From Candidatus Thorarchaeota archaeon (GTDB lineage Archaea > Asgardarchaeota > Thorarchaeia > Thorarchaeales > Thorarchaeaceae), in assembly GCA_046758445.1 (NCBI GenBank), contig JBHIAE010000013.1, forward strand, positions 1-64,000: a stretch of DNA of 64,000 bases, read 5' to 3'. Numbering within the stretch: the stretch's first letter is position 1; the number at the start of each line of letters is the position of its first letter. Shown here one piece after another: positions 19,664 through 30,344 of this stretch. The notes beneath the pieces were generated by a model, which ran no database searches, was not told the origin of the DNA, and worked only from the letters and a program-made list of their open reading frames with translations. The position numbers and the translations under genes are program-made.

Positions 19664-20335
19664 ATGACAGACAATCGCCTCTCGATTCTCATTGGAATAC
19701 TAAGGAACTCAAATGAGTTAGACAAGATTCTCGCTAGTGACGAAGTCACGACAGATCTTCTAGAACAGGCGGGAGCCACACAAGTAGATGAGGAATCCTG
19801 GACACTTGACAGCGCAGCAAGAGTATCTCTGGCCATTCAAGCCAACCTGTTGGGTGCTGAGCTAGAGGAGATTGTGAACCTACTCTCGTGGAAAGACTTT
19901 GAGGGGCTAGTGGCAAGAATCCTGACAGAAAACGACTACCGTTGTCTTGAGAACTTCAGGAAACGTGGAACGAAAGAAGCAAGAGGCATGGAGATTGATG
20001 TCATTGGAGTCAAGGGCACGAGCGTTATTTCAGTTGATGCCAAGATGTGGGGAGTCAGGTCAGGCAAGTCAACTGCCTTGAAGTCTGCAGCAGAGAAGCA
20101 GGAAGAGAGAACAGTTCGCCTATGTGATCAGATGCACATGCTGGCGGAGAAACTGGGTGGTATCCCTAGCGGAGTATACTCACTCACGCCAGTCTTGGTT
20201 ACTTGGATGGTTGAAGAGGTTGTCTTCCATGATGGAGTTCCCGTTGTCCCCGTCTTCAAGCTTAACACATTCTTGCAGGATATGCCAATCTACCAGGACA
20301 TGATCGCGTCTTCCGACTGTGTCTTTCATAGCTAG
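19664..20335 (+). CDS. PD-(D/E)xK restriction-endonuclease-like protein (Mrr_cat/NERD-like)
   Basis: LSWKDFEGLVA and EIDVIG...VDAKMW catalytic pattern. Confidence 0.8.
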   Translation: MTDNRLSILIGILRNSNELDKILASDEVTTDLLEQAGATQVDEESWTLDSAARVSLAIQANLLGAELEEIVNLLSWKDFEGLVARILTENDYRCLENFRKRGTKEARGMEIDVIGVKGTSVISVDAKMWGVRSGKSTALKSAAEKQEERTVRLCDQMHMLAEKLGGIPSGVYSLTPVLVTWMVEEVVFHDGVPVVPVFKLNTFLQDMPIYQDMIASSDCVFHS

Positions 20336-20360
20336 TGTTTGACCTTCCTGCGCAAGCAAA

Positions 20361-21173
20361 TCATGATCTGCCTTCAACAGTCCAAAGAGATTCATGAATG
20401 ACGTCTGAATATGTAACTCTCACGCGCTGAGTCGCCAGAACCCGGAAGTTCCTGTAGAGCCGATCAAGCTCGGTTAGACTGTATGGTGCTGTCCAATTGA
20501 TACCTAGCCGCTCCCTAAAGACCGAACTTGGCACACCAATGTCACATACATATAGGTCTCCTAGACTTTCCGGCAATGTTTCAAGAAGACCAGACTTCAC
20601 GAAGGCAATCGTCAATGTGGCGAGGGGGTTGACTCTTCCGACATTCTCGCCTGTGGTTACGTCCAATCCCGAGGGAGCATCCAAGGATAGTACTCTCTCT
20701 GACTCCTTAAGAGCGGCAAATACATCATTCGCCAGCGGGTCCTCACGTCTAGTAAATCCATACCCAATGAAGGCATCTAAAACCAGAGTCTTGTTGTCTG
20801 AGGGGGCAGTCAGGGGACCTTCAAGAATCTCGGAACCAACCGATTTGAGCCTCTCCAATTGAGCTCGGGGTATAGAGCGGAGCGACCTGATGCCTTTGGG
20901 AACCACGACTTTGACGTTGTAGCCCCAACCGAAGAGTCGTCGTGCAGCAACTAGTCCACCACCTCCGTTATTTCCCGATCCCACAACAATCAGAAACTGA
21001 GTGGATGAATCCCCTGACAACTCTACTGCTAGCCGTGCAAAGCTGGAACCAGCATTCTCCATCATCAGCTCAACAGGAATGCTCAGCTCCTCCATCATAA
21101 TGCGGTCGACTTCAATCATCTGGTCCCGTGATATGCCTGGCAGACCCATACCAAATGGATAGACGCCAATCAC
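20361..21173 (-). CDS. nnrE: NAD(P)H-hydrate epimerase (YjeF N-terminal)
   Basis: LMMENAG, GSGNNGGGG, DAFIGYG, SLDAPSG. Confidence 0.9.
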   Translation of the reverse strand: MIGVYPFGMGLPGISRDQMIEVDRIMMEELSIPVELMMENAGSSFARLAVELSGDSSTQFLIVVGSGNNGGGGLVAARRLFGWGYNVKVVVPKGIRSLRSIPRAQLERLKSVGSEILEGPLTAPSDNKTLVLDAFIGYGFTRREDPLANDVFAALKESERVLSLDAPSGLDVTTGENVGRVNPLATLTIAFVKSGLLETLPESLGDLYVCDIGVPSSVFRERLGINWTAPYSLTELDRLYRNFRVLATQRVRVTYSDVIHESLWTVEGRS

Positions 21174-21289
21174 TTAGCCCTTGCCAATCATTCTAGCTGC
21201 TAAGGAGGTCATCAGAGCCTCCTGAGGTTCATCTTTTTATCTGGTCAATACACTTCATCAGACAGATTCCGAAGCGGGAGATATGATCA

Positions 21290-22183
21290 ATGGCTCTGTT
21301 CGGTGTAGTCTATCACGAAAACGTAAACAATTGGGCTACTGCCAGTCTCATTGAGGCCATAGAGGCAAAGGGACACACCGCCAAGCCCTTCCGCCTAGCA
21401 GATGTGGCAGCCGAACTTCCTCACAGATTCACGCATCTAGATGAGGAAGACGTTTCAGGAATGGACGGGGTCATGGTCCGCACAATCGGTTTCGGAAATA
21501 GCGACCAGATAACCTTTCGAATCAGTCTTTTGGAGCATTTCGAGGATGCCGGTATTTACGTGATGAACCCAGCCTATTCATTCAGAAGAGCCAAGGACAA
21601 ATACGCGACCTTGACTGCACTGCATAAGGCGGGAATCAGAGTCCCACGGACGTACATTGGCGAGAACCTCGAGGCTGCAATCAATTTCGCAGATGAGGTC
21701 GGAGATGTCATAATCAAGCCTCTCATTGGTGCCCGTGGCCTTGGCGCAATTAGAGCCCAACATCCCGAACTCAACTACCGGGCCATGAAATTCATTCACC
21801 AGTTGGGTCAAGTCTTATACGTTCAAGAAGTGATACCTAAGCCAGATCGTGATATTAGAGCATTCGTTATCGGCGACCAGTTGGTGGGGGCAATGTACAG
21901 ATACCTCCCCGAGGAAGACAAGGATGAGTGGCGGACCAACGTTTATGCCGGGGGTCGTGCTGAGCTGGCGAGCCTTGATGATGAATATTCGGAGTGTGCA
22001 ATCAAGACTGCCGCCACCCTCAATCTTGACTATACTGGAGTAGATATCATTGAGTCACCTGAGGGCCCCTATGTGATTGAGGCTAACGCAGCTCCTTCTT
22101 GGAGCGCCCTCTCACGTGTTACAGAGAAGAACATTGCAGGAATGATAATCGACAGGCTGATCCACCAATCCGGTGTGAAATGA
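21290..22183 (+). CDS. RimK-family ATP-grasp glutamate ligase (MptN/CofF-like)
   Basis: DKY, IIKPLIG, YVQE, DIRAFVIG, WRTNV..GG, GVDII, EANAAP. Confidence 0.88.
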   Translation: MALFGVVYHENVNNWATASLIEAIEAKGHTAKPFRLADVAAELPHRFTHLDEEDVSGMDGVMVRTIGFGNSDQITFRISLLEHFEDAGIYVMNPAYSFRRAKDKYATLTALHKAGIRVPRTYIGENLEAAINFADEVGDVIIKPLIGARGLGAIRAQHPELNYRAMKFIHQLGQVLYVQEVIPKPDRDIRAFVIGDQLVGAMYRYLPEEDKDEWRTNVYAGGRAELASLDDEYSECAIKTAATLNLDYTGVDIIESPEGPYVIEANAAPSWSALSRVTEKNIAGMIIDRLIHQSGVK

Positions 22184-22248
22184 CTGCTGGGCTAAAATGA
22201 ATACAGGTGCACTTGATTCAGAACTCGTAGCGACAGCTCGGATTAGAA

Positions 22249-22980
22249 CTACCCGGCAGCAAGGATCTCTTCTACTTCCTCCTGGGAGAGTATCCTGAAT
22301 GTCTTGTCTGTAGTGTCAATCTTGCCGATTTCTATTCTCCTGGCTCTCTCAGCCGGAGGCTCTTCAGAAGTTTCACCGTTTCTGATCAGTCCTTCCAATG
22401 CCAACTTCAGAGCTCCATCGAGATCCGTCTTCTCTTTGTAGTTCTCTTTGAAGTAGTCGCGGACTACGTCAGCCTCCTTTCCAATTGCAGTGGCTCTCCA
22501 ACCCCAGAAGGAGCCTGAAGGATCAGTCGTGAAAAGCTGTGGTCCATCGTGGTCGATTCCAGCAACGAGTAGGGAAACACCAAAGGGTCGGTACCCTCCG
22601 ACCTGAGTCACTGACTGTTTGATATCGCAAATGTTGACGACCAGTGACTGGATGGAGATGGGCTCATCGTAACTAAGTCTGTTGATCTGAGCTCTTAACC
22701 GAGCTTCGTCTATCAACTTTCGCGCATCAGCGTGTAGACCCGCGATTGCTGTGCCGATGTGGTCATCCACAAGCAGAATCTTCCTAAGAGTGTCTAGGTC
22801 CACAAGCGAATGAGGCGATCTCTTCTCACCGGCAAGGACAACTCCGTCAACGGCTTTGACACCGACAGCGAGTGGCCCGTGGCGAACTGCCTCAGTCGCA
22901 TACTCAACTTGATATAGCCGTCCCTCGGGACTGAAGACAGTGATTGCGCGGTCATAACCCATGCTCTGTGTTGGAAACAT
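22249..22980 (-). CDS. psmA: Proteasome subunit alpha
   Basis: YDRAITVFSPEGRLYQVEYA signature; RPFGVSLL; DPSG. Confidence 0.97.
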   Translation of the reverse strand: MFPTQSMGYDRAITVFSPEGRLYQVEYATEAVRHGPLAVGVKAVDGVVLAGEKRSPHSLVDLDTLRKILLVDDHIGTAIAGLHADARKLIDEARLRAQINRLSYDEPISIQSLVVNICDIKQSVTQVGGYRPFGVSLLVAGIDHDGPQLFTTDPSGSFWGWRATAIGKEADVVRDYFKENYKEKTDLDGALKLALEGLIRNGETSEEPPAERARRIEIGKIDTTDKTFRILSQEEVEEILAAG

Positions 22981-23099
22981 GCTTTGATAACACTCCAGTC
23001 AATTTGAGCCCACTACTGGAAGGGTCAAACAAACGTCAATAGTGCCACGTTTAAAAGCTTGTCTGTGTGTTTGTTTGCAACCGGAGCTACACGAGGCTC

Positions 23100-23795
23100 C
23101 TATCGCCATTCCAGACGCATTGACACTCCCTTTGGTAGCCGACCAAGCACTGGTTCAATCTCTTCTCGGTCAGGAACCCTCAGACTCTCGGCCTCAGATT
23201 CCTTGACGCCAGAAGAGTGCACATAGTTCTGTACAACATACTCTCCTTGGAAGCCAATCTCCCTCAAGACCTTGAGAACTCCATCTATCTCGGCAGGTGA
23301 CATCAGTTCTCCAACATAGGTTGTTCTTGGCCAGAAAGCGACATCAGAGTCCAATAGAAGCTCGATGCTTTTCAGAACTCGAGTCCAAGGGTTGTCCTGA
23401 GTTCTGGCGACAACGGGATATCGTTCTGGCGTCGTCTTCAGGTCGAACCATACGGAATCGAGAAACGGAATGCAACTCTCAAGTACTGACGGAACCGAAC
23501 CTTGTGTGTTTAGGTTAATGTGAAAGTTGGCCTCAGCACTGAGTAATCTGAGGAGGTCAGGCAGGTCTCTGTGAATTGTTGGCTCTCCCCCTGTCACACA
23601 GAAGCCGTCAGTGAGATGTCCTCGCGCTTTCTGAGCGATCTCTTCAACGGGCGTTTCAATCCCGGAATCTCTTGGGACTAGTTCTGCATTCTGACAATAT
23701 GGACAGTCAAAGTTGCACCCTCCCGTAAATATCACAGTAACAGGAATTCCTGGGACATCCACAAGGCTGATGTCAATTATCGATGCTAATCGCAT
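23100..23795 (-). CDS. nrdG: Radical SAM anaerobic ribonucleotide reductase activase-like protein
   Basis: IFTGGCNFDCPYCQN (CxxxCxxC), TGGEPT, DLK, RTT; likely start ATG 23795. Confidence 0.85.
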   Translation of the reverse strand: MRLASIIDISLVDVPGIPVTVIFTGGCNFDCPYCQNAELVPRDSGIETPVEEIAQKARGHLTDGFCVTGGEPTIHRDLPDLLRLLSAEANFHINLNTQGSVPSVLESCIPFLDSVWFDLKTTPERYPVVARTQDNPWTRVLKSIELLLDSDVAFWPRTTYVGELMSPAEIDGVLKVLREIGFQGEYVVQNYVHSSGVKESEAESLRVPDREEIEPVLGRLPKGVSMRLEWR

Positions 23796-23967
23796 TGCCC
23801 GGTGACTACCTCTGTCAGTTAGTGAAATCTGGCCCATAAATGTCCAACTGTAGGGTTACGTCCGCGTATAGTCTGTGATATTGCCCTGATATGACTGAAT
23901 ATACTCGAATATCCTTACTATAACGCTTAAAGATAGGTTTAGCACACCTCATAATGGGGACCATGCA

Positions 23968-24237
23968 ATGGCGATTAGGAGTATCAACAAGGAGAGTATT
24001 TTGAAGAGTACACTCTTTCACATTCAATTGAAACAGTGCCAGTACATAGATGACTTCCCTGAAATGGTCGCAGACATCTTTGAGAAGAGTGTTGAGCGCG
24101 GCAGACTTCGGGAATATGAGAAACTGAAGAGGAAACTGTATCGAATCAGCACGAGCTTCTTCGAGGTCAACAAGAGCATAATCAAGAAGAAGGACTTCTT
24201 CGAGTCACTCTACAAGCGGATTGCTAGAAGGATCTGA
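23968..24237 (+). CDS. Small basic hypothetical protein
   Basis: 89-aa ORF filling the gap; converges on the kinase gene. Confidence 0.55.
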   Translation: MAIRSINKESILKSTLFHIQLKQCQYIDDFPEMVADIFEKSVERGRLREYEKLKRKLYRISTSFFEVNKSIIKKKDFFESLYKRIARRI

Positions 24238-24249
24238 TGACGTATCGCT

Positions 24250-26043
24250 CTATCTTTCAACTTCCCGCAGCGTTAGAATGAACTTAGCACCATGACTAGG
24301 CTTTCCTTTAACACGATCTCTTACTTCAATCGTACCTCCATACTTCCTTGCCATCTGAGAAACTAGTGTAAGTCCAACCCCTCCCGAATGACCTCGACGA
24401 CCGAAGATAGTTTCCTTTCTCGCACTGCTGATACCCGGGCCATCGTCTGAAACTGAAAGCCTGTAGAATTGCCCCTCCCTGCTTCCAGATATCCAGACCT
24501 TTGGCTTCTCTCGAGGATTGTGGCGTACCGCATTCTCGAGTAAGTTCCATAGGAGCTCTCCCAGTAATGCATCAGCTCGAACGTGCACTGGCGGCTCAAT
24601 GTCCTCGACAAAGACTGTGGCGCCGTAGATTCTAACTAGTACTTTCACCCTTTCTTCTAGGACGTTGGTGAGCTCCACATGCGTGGTCGGAAGACGCCTG
24701 AACTCTCCAGCACGCTTTACTTTGGTGATTAGTCTGTTACATCTCTCCACTGCATCAAGAATGTCGCCTTGTGCTTCTTGAAGGTAGCTTCGTGGGACGT
24801 CCCTATCTAGCAGACCAGCAGCCGTGATGATTACTTGGAGTTGATTGGCTATGTCGTGTGTGAGCAAATCAAGATAGAATTGGATGGTTTCCTCAGCCTC
24901 CTTCTGAGCTGAGATCTCAGTGATTACTCCGAATGTTCCCAAGAAACGACCATCATTGTCCTCCAAGGGCGTGGCCGAGATTATTGTCGGCACTACCTCG
25001 CCATTCTTGTTCAGCCACTCAAGCTCATACCGGGCAGCCATGCCGCTCCTTCGTTCGTCAATCTTCGTCTGGACCCATTCATAGTCCTTGTCTTTTGTGA
25101 ACTCGTGCCAGGGCCTACCGACCACCTCATCCTGAGTTCGGCCTAGCATCTCGCAGAATGCTTCATTTGCATAGACAAGGTTCCCGTTTTCGTCATCAAT
25201 GGCCAGGCCGTCGTTCATGGTTTCAACCAGTACTCGGTAGCGCTCTTCTGTTTCTTCAAGTGCCTTTTGTTCTCTCCTTCTTTCAGTGATGTCGAGAATG
25301 TGCACAATGGTCTTCTTTGAGCCGTCTCCAGCCGTAGCCATGGAAACACGTGCCTCGACTGTAATAGAACGTCCGTCTTTGAGCGTTAGCTCAACGAGAT
25401 AGACATCAGGAACTGCTTCACCCTCTCTTCGCAGAGCATAGCGTTTGCCAGTGGATTCAGCTAGGTCTTCGTCAACAAATCGCCTGAAATCCTGCCCGAT
25501 GAAGTCCTCCTTGACACCCCCAATGAGTTCCACAGTCCGATCATTGACGTACTCAATCTTGTATTCATCGCCGACAATCGCTATTGCATCGTGAGAGTTC
25601 TCGATGATCGTCCTTAGAACTGCATCACTGAAGGGAAATCTCGTACTGATCAGCCCAGTGAAGCTCACATCGGTTGCAAACACACGAATTCGCTGAGATT
25701 TCCCTTTCTTGCCCTTGAGTACGATTCGCAGGTCAGCGTCAATCGTCCTGCCAGTTTTAGCTTGAAGTGACACTGACACCACAATGGACTCATCAGGCGT
25801 GGTCAGGGCAGCAACTGCTTCACGGAAGCGCTTCCTTTGCTCAGTAGCAACAAAAGATTCTAGCGAGGTGGTGCGTACGGACTTCTTGTCTTCGACTGCT
25901 AGCAGATTCCTAGCATACTTGTTCATGTACACAAGCTTGTAATCCATCTTGGCCTCGAATACTGCAAGCGGGAGCTCATCTGAGAACGCTCTGAACTCAC
26001 GAGCTCCAGTCGCGCTGTGCTTCCGTTTTGCACGCTTGCTCAT
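24250..26043 (-). CDS. Cytoplasmic PAS-domain sensor histidine kinase
   Basis: Three PAS/PAC repeats; H-box LLTHDIANQL; N-box NLLENAVRHN; DDGPGI; GVGL. Confidence 0.92.
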   Translation of the reverse strand: MSKRAKRKHSATGAREFRAFSDELPLAVFEAKMDYKLVYMNKYARNLLAVEDKKSVRTTSLESFVATEQRKRFREAVAALTTPDESIVVSVSLQAKTGRTIDADLRIVLKGKKGKSQRIRVFATDVSFTGLISTRFPFSDAVLRTIIENSHDAIAIVGDEYKIEYVNDRTVELIGGVKEDFIGQDFRRFVDEDLAESTGKRYALRREGEAVPDVYLVELTLKDGRSITVEARVSMATAGDGSKKTIVHILDITERRREQKALEETEERYRVLVETMNDGLAIDDENGNLVYANEAFCEMLGRTQDEVVGRPWHEFTKDKDYEWVQTKIDERRSGMAARYELEWLNKNGEVVPTIISATPLEDNDGRFLGTFGVITEISAQKEAEETIQFYLDLLTHDIANQLQVIITAAGLLDRDVPRSYLQEAQGDILDAVERCNRLITKVKRAGEFRRLPTTHVELTNVLEERVKVLVRIYGATVFVEDIEPPVHVRADALLGELLWNLLENAVRHNPREKPKVWISGSREGQFYRLSVSDDGPGISSARKETIFGRRGHSGGVGLTLVSQMARKYGGTIEVRDRVKGKPSHGAKFILTLREVER

Positions 26044-26137
26044 ACGAATCTGGACTCCAGTCCTCTAGGCCAAAGTAGATGATGACGGGAGAATTAAAGG
26101 TCATTGTATTATAAGCCTAGTTCGGCTATAGATGCCA

Positions 26138-27520
26138 TTACTGGGTTATAGTAGAGGGGTAGCCATACTTCCTCCACAGCGTCCCGGGTTCTCTCTGTTT
26201 TCCGTAACCAAGAAGGTCATCGAACATAAGGATGACTCGATTCATCCACGGAAATCGGCGGACAATCCAAAGAATGCTTCTATGGAGAAGTCCGTCCTTC
26301 TTGTTGTAGGGGCAAGATCTTATGCAGTTTGAACAATCACTGCCATTGTCCATCCAGAAACCATAGCAGGTTTCGGGATTGACATACCACTTCTTGACGC
26401 CCTGATTATTCGAGATTGTTTCGCCATTCCAACTCCGAGCGCGACCCTTAGGAATGGACTTTGAAGGGCAATGGTCGGCACATTTCTCACAAGTTTCGCA
26501 GAATCGTATCACCGCTTCACAGAAGCCCTGATCGGGCCTGTCTGGCACAAGGGGCATGTTGGTCAGCACTTTCGCTATTCGGACCCTAGGGCCAAACTCC
26601 TTGGTGATGAGTATCCCGTGTCTTCCGTATTGTCCCAGACCTGCATCTATTGCCAAAGGAACACTTAGTGCAATATCATTGCCGCAAGGGATCGCACCAT
26701 AGCCCAACCTCCTGATGAAGGCGGTGAGTTCAATCTCAGCAAATGCCATCATCGAATAGCCAACAGCGACTGCTGCCGATGCAGGAAAGGCAGGCGATGT
26801 GGAGATGCCCTCATAGTCAAGCTCGACGGCCATGACAATTGCTCTAGTGTAAGTGTCTGGAATGCTGTACGACATCCCCTTCCTGTCGGCCGTGTAGAGC
26901 CAATTGGGGTCCAGCGCGGCGACACCCACCAGGCTAGCCCCATATAACCTAGCGGCCCTCTTGGTCGCCAGTGTCAAATCCTCAGGGTTAGAACCAACAG
27001 TTGGAGTCCCACCTATTCTCTGACTAGCATCATTGAGCAAAGGACCTGTCACGGACTGTCGGTTATCATAAAGCTCCCAACCAGCACCTGCAATCTCACG
27101 CTCAAGCCTTCCATAACCCGGTATGCGTTTAGCAATCATTGCTTCAGAACCATACCACTCGTCCTTCCCAAAGTGCTCAAATGTTGAATCATTGTGCACG
27201 CGCGCAAAAACCATGTCCTTCTCAGAGAAGCGGCTGTACGACTCAGAAACCTCGTATGGGCGACTGTAGGCGAGATCTTTCCGAGCGGCCTGAACTGTTC
27301 TCGTGTATTCCAAAGATTCCTCTTTGCAAACAGTGGTGATTGCACCGAAGGGACAAGCCCGGATGCATGATAGGCAGTCTGTGCACCCGCTTACGATTAT
27401 GGGGAACTTAGCATTGTCAGGAAATGTGAGTGGCGAATCCTCTCCGTGTATCTCGATACATGCTTCAACGCACTCTTTGTCGCATCGGCTTGGTCTGCAG
27501 AGGTCCTCTAGTATCCGCAT
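26138..27520 (-). CDS. rdhA: Reductive dehalogenase (RdhA-family corrinoid/Fe-S protein) with extra N-terminal ferredoxin domain
   Basis: ARLYGASLVGV..L...W.Y, AIDAGLGQYGRHG, FGPRVR, FCETCEKCADHCP, W...C..C...CPY. Confidence 0.85.
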   Translation of the reverse strand: MRILEDLCRPSRCDKECVEACIEIHGEDSPLTFPDNAKFPIIVSGCTDCLSCIRACPFGAITTVCKEESLEYTRTVQAARKDLAYSRPYEVSESYSRFSEKDMVFARVHNDSTFEHFGKDEWYGSEAMIAKRIPGYGRLEREIAGAGWELYDNRQSVTGPLLNDASQRIGGTPTVGSNPEDLTLATKRAARLYGASLVGVAALDPNWLYTADRKGMSYSIPDTYTRAIVMAVELDYEGISTSPAFPASAAVAVGYSMMAFAEIELTAFIRRLGYGAIPCGNDIALSVPLAIDAGLGQYGRHGILITKEFGPRVRIAKVLTNMPLVPDRPDQGFCEAVIRFCETCEKCADHCPSKSIPKGRARSWNGETISNNQGVKKWYVNPETCYGFWMDNGSDCSNCIRSCPYNKKDGLLHRSILWIVRRFPWMNRVILMFDDLLGYGKQREPGTLWRKYGYPSTITQ

Positions 27521-27679
27521 GCATTCACTCTCAGGAGTCTGCTGAGTATCGTAGATTGCGTCATTAAACAGTTCCTATGTGAACAGGTCACCATGTGCTG
27601 GCTAGGCAAAGATTATTGTGTTGCTTGAATCTGGAACCTCTCCTAGAACTCAATTCCGGTTGACTTCACAGTCTTAGGG

Positions 27680-28594
27680 ATGATGCGTATGATGCCATAC
27701 ACCTCAGAGCAAAGAACCCTAGATATTGGAGGAGTAAAGGTCGGAGGAAGACCAGGACTCATACCGACAGTCATGGTCGGGTCAATCTTCTATTCAAAGG
27801 ACAAGCTTGTTGTCAATGAGAAGTCGGGTAGTATAGACAAGCAGAAGACTGAGGCAATGCTTGAGCAACTTGCAGAAGTATCGGAGAAAACCGGACTTCC
27901 GAGTATGTTAGACGTAGTTGCAGTCACGCCCGAAGCAATTGACAACTACCTTCGAATCCTAGCTGACTTGACAGATATGCCCTTGCTCATTGATGGATCT
28001 GGTTCAAGTGAGGTAAACTCAGCCGGACTGGCTACTGCACGAAACGCGGGATTTCTTGATAGGGTCGTCCTAAACTCACTGACTCCTGAAGATGGAGATG
28101 ATATCTACAATGCGATCCAGGATACCGGGGCCCGGAGTGCAGTCATCCTGACATTCTCGAGTGTAGCGATGGCGTCAGCAACAAAGAGAAGTGAGATTGC
28201 CGACAGCCTTTTGCAGAAGGCAGAACGTGCAGGGATCACAAACATCTTGTTTGATACCGGAGTTGTAGACCTCTTGACACTTGGCTTGGCATGCAGAGCA
28301 CTTGTTTCGATTAAGGAACATCATGGATTACCGGTTGGATGCGGAGCTCACAATGCGGTCGCAATGTGGAATGGCCTTGTTTCCAAATTCGGAAGGAAAG
28401 CCAAGGAGCCTGCGTTCGTTGGCTCGAGCTTGATGCCAGTTGTACTTGGGGCTGATTTCGTGCTCTATGGCCCCATTAAGCATGCCCCAATCACTTTCCC
28501 TTCGATTGCTATGATAGACGTGGCGCTCTCTGGAGCACTCCTTGAGGACCGACTGCGGCCCGAACGTCCTCATCCCAGATACCTGATTGGATAG
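27680..28594 (+). CDS. mtrH: MtrH/MtgA-like methylcorrinoid:pterin methyltransferase
   Basis: IGGVKVGG.PG..PT..VGSIFY, PVGCGAHNA, GADFVLYGPI. Confidence 0.88.
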   Translation: MMRMMPYTSEQRTLDIGGVKVGGRPGLIPTVMVGSIFYSKDKLVVNEKSGSIDKQKTEAMLEQLAEVSEKTGLPSMLDVVAVTPEAIDNYLRILADLTDMPLLIDGSGSSEVNSAGLATARNAGFLDRVVLNSLTPEDGDDIYNAIQDTGARSAVILTFSSVAMASATKRSEIADSLLQKAERAGITNILFDTGVVDLLTLGLACRALVSIKEHHGLPVGCGAHNAVAMWNGLVSKFGRKAKEPAFVGSSLMPVVLGADFVLYGPIKHAPITFPSIAMIDVALSGALLEDRLRPERPHPRYLIG

Positions 28595-28603
28595 GCGAAA
28601 ATC

Positions 28604-30229
28604 TTGAGCGAATGCATCCTCGTGTTTGAGCCATCTGGACTGAGAATCTCGGTAGAAGAAACGATCTCAGTCCTAGACGCGGCTCGCAACCTGGGCCTCC
28701 ACATCTCCTCTGAATGCGGCGGTCGAGGTACATGTGGAAAATGCATTGTCGCAATGCAACCAGTGCCTGCACCATCTGACAGGGACCTCCAGCATCTTTC
28801 TGAGGACGATGTTGAGAATGGATTCCGTCTTGCGTGTCAGCACTCTGTCAGCACCAATACAAGAGTTGTTGTACAACAGGCCATTGCCAAGACGAAGATC
28901 CTTGTTGAGGGTGTCACAATAGGCGAGGAGTGGGACATTGATGAGGGCCTATCACCTGCGAAAGGTGTCGCGGTCGATCTAGGCACCACGACAATTGTAG
29001 CGTACATGATGAATCTGGCTGATGGAGTTCAAATTGGGCAAGCCGCAGCGCTGAACCCTCAAGTCAGATACGGCGAAGATGTGATGTCTCGCATTACCTA
29101 TGCGACAAGAGAAGAGAATGGTGGCGTTGTACTCAAGGATGCCGCATTGAAGAAACTTGATGTGCTGCTGAGTAGTCTAGCTGATTCGGTTGGAGTCAAC
29201 TTGAACGAAATCACTAGGCTTTCCATTGTCGGGAACCCTGCGATGCATCACCTGCTTCTTGGTCTGGATGTAAGTTCTCTCGGCATGGCCCCTTACGAAC
29301 CAGTCATTCTTGAATCACTCACGACAAATGGAGAAGTTCTGGGGCTTGAAACTGCAAAGGAATCGCAAGTGTATCTTGCCCCCAACATTGCGGGATTTGT
29401 GGGCGGCGACACTGCTGCTTTCATTCTCTCACAGCGATTGGACAAGGCAGATGACATTGTCCTAGGAATTGACATCGGCACAAATGGAGAGATCATCCTG
29501 TCTGTTCAAGGAGAGATCTCCTGCGCCTCAGCAGCTGCTGGTTCTGCCTTCGAAGGTGCGTTGACGAAACACGGCATGCGGGGACAAGAAGGAGCTATCG
29601 AGTATCTGAAGATCGAAGACCCTGGAGGCCCGCCAGAGATATTCGTCATTGGTGATGTCCCACCCAGAGGGATTTGTGGCTCAGGAATCGTGGACACTGT
29701 TGCACAACTTAGGGCAGCAAATGTGGTTGATGTCGGAGGAAGAATGCATGAAACTGCGCGGGTCGAAGAGTCTGCCGAGGGGGAACGATACTATATCGTC
29801 GTTGAAGAGGGAGAGAAAGGCTCAGAGCGTCAAATAGTGTTCACTCAGAATGATGTGCGGCAGGTACAACTGGCGAAGGGAGCGATCCTTACAGGCGCAA
29901 CGATTCTGATGGAGTCTGCTGGGATCGATGTTTCCGAAATAGACAGACTTCTGCTTGCCGGTGCCTTTGGAAACTACATCAACCCTGAGAGTGCACTCGC
30001 AATAGGCCTCCTTCCACCGGTTGGATTTGACAGAGTAGTTCCAGTAGGCAATGCAGCTGGCGAAGGGGCCAAGAAGATGCTACTTTCATCAAAGATGAGA
30101 GCACTAATTGAGCAAATTGTGTCCGACGTCAATTACTTGGAGCTCGCTACCCAGGATAGCTTCTCGAAAGTCTTCGCCATGTCGACTCTCCTCTCAAGTA
30201 GTATGCCCAAGCGACGAAACAAGCGATGA
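28604..30229 (+). CDS. ASKHA-type reductive activator of corrinoid proteins (RACo, DUF4445) with 2Fe-2S domain
   Basis: CGGRGTCGKC, RLAC, DLGTTT, YGEDVMSRI, DIGTNGE, GICGSG, LAGAFG, GNAAGEGA. Confidence 0.92.
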   Translation: MSECILVFEPSGLRISVEETISVLDAARNLGLHISSECGGRGTCGKCIVAMQPVPAPSDRDLQHLSEDDVENGFRLACQHSVSTNTRVVVQQAIAKTKILVEGVTIGEEWDIDEGLSPAKGVAVDLGTTTIVAYMMNLADGVQIGQAAALNPQVRYGEDVMSRITYATREENGGVVLKDAALKKLDVLLSSLADSVGVNLNEITRLSIVGNPAMHHLLLGLDVSSLGMAPYEPVILESLTTNGEVLGLETAKESQVYLAPNIAGFVGGDTAAFILSQRLDKADDIVLGIDIGTNGEIILSVQGEISCASAAAGSAFEGALTKHGMRGQEGAIEYLKIEDPGGPPEIFVIGDVPPRGICGSGIVDTVAQLRAANVVDVGGRMHETARVEESAEGERYYIVVEEGEKGSERQIVFTQNDVRQVQLAKGAILTGATILMESAGIDVSEIDRLLLAGAFGNYINPESALAIGLLPPVGFDRVVPVGNAAGEGAKKMLLSSKMRALIEQIVSDVNYLELATQDSFSKVFAMSTLLSSSMPKRRNKR

Positions 30230-30344
30230 AGAAACATATATGCCACGTGGATTGAAACATGGCACGGTCGCAAGGCGAACAATCTTCGCCGCTGGCATTA
30301 ACGACAAATCGAGGCTTGAGCAAAGAAGACAGTGGTGCAAACGA

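Noticed and set aside
23815-24027. Minus-strand 70-aa ORF with IRVYSVISGQY, faintly like the NrdD C-terminal glycyl-radical motif, upstream of nrdG
   Set aside because: It lacks the RxxGY core and CxxC, overlaps a better plus-strand ORF and spans an AT-rich promoter region
26138-27520. Alternative call as epoxyqueuosine reductase QueG
   Set aside because: The FARV segment, W.Y motif and spacing of the second cluster fit RdhA better, though phylogeny is needed to exclude QueG fully
30108-30344. Long N-terminal extension on the corrinoid protein in the ORF track
   Set aside because: It overlaps the RACo gene; the cap domain begins at ATG 30345
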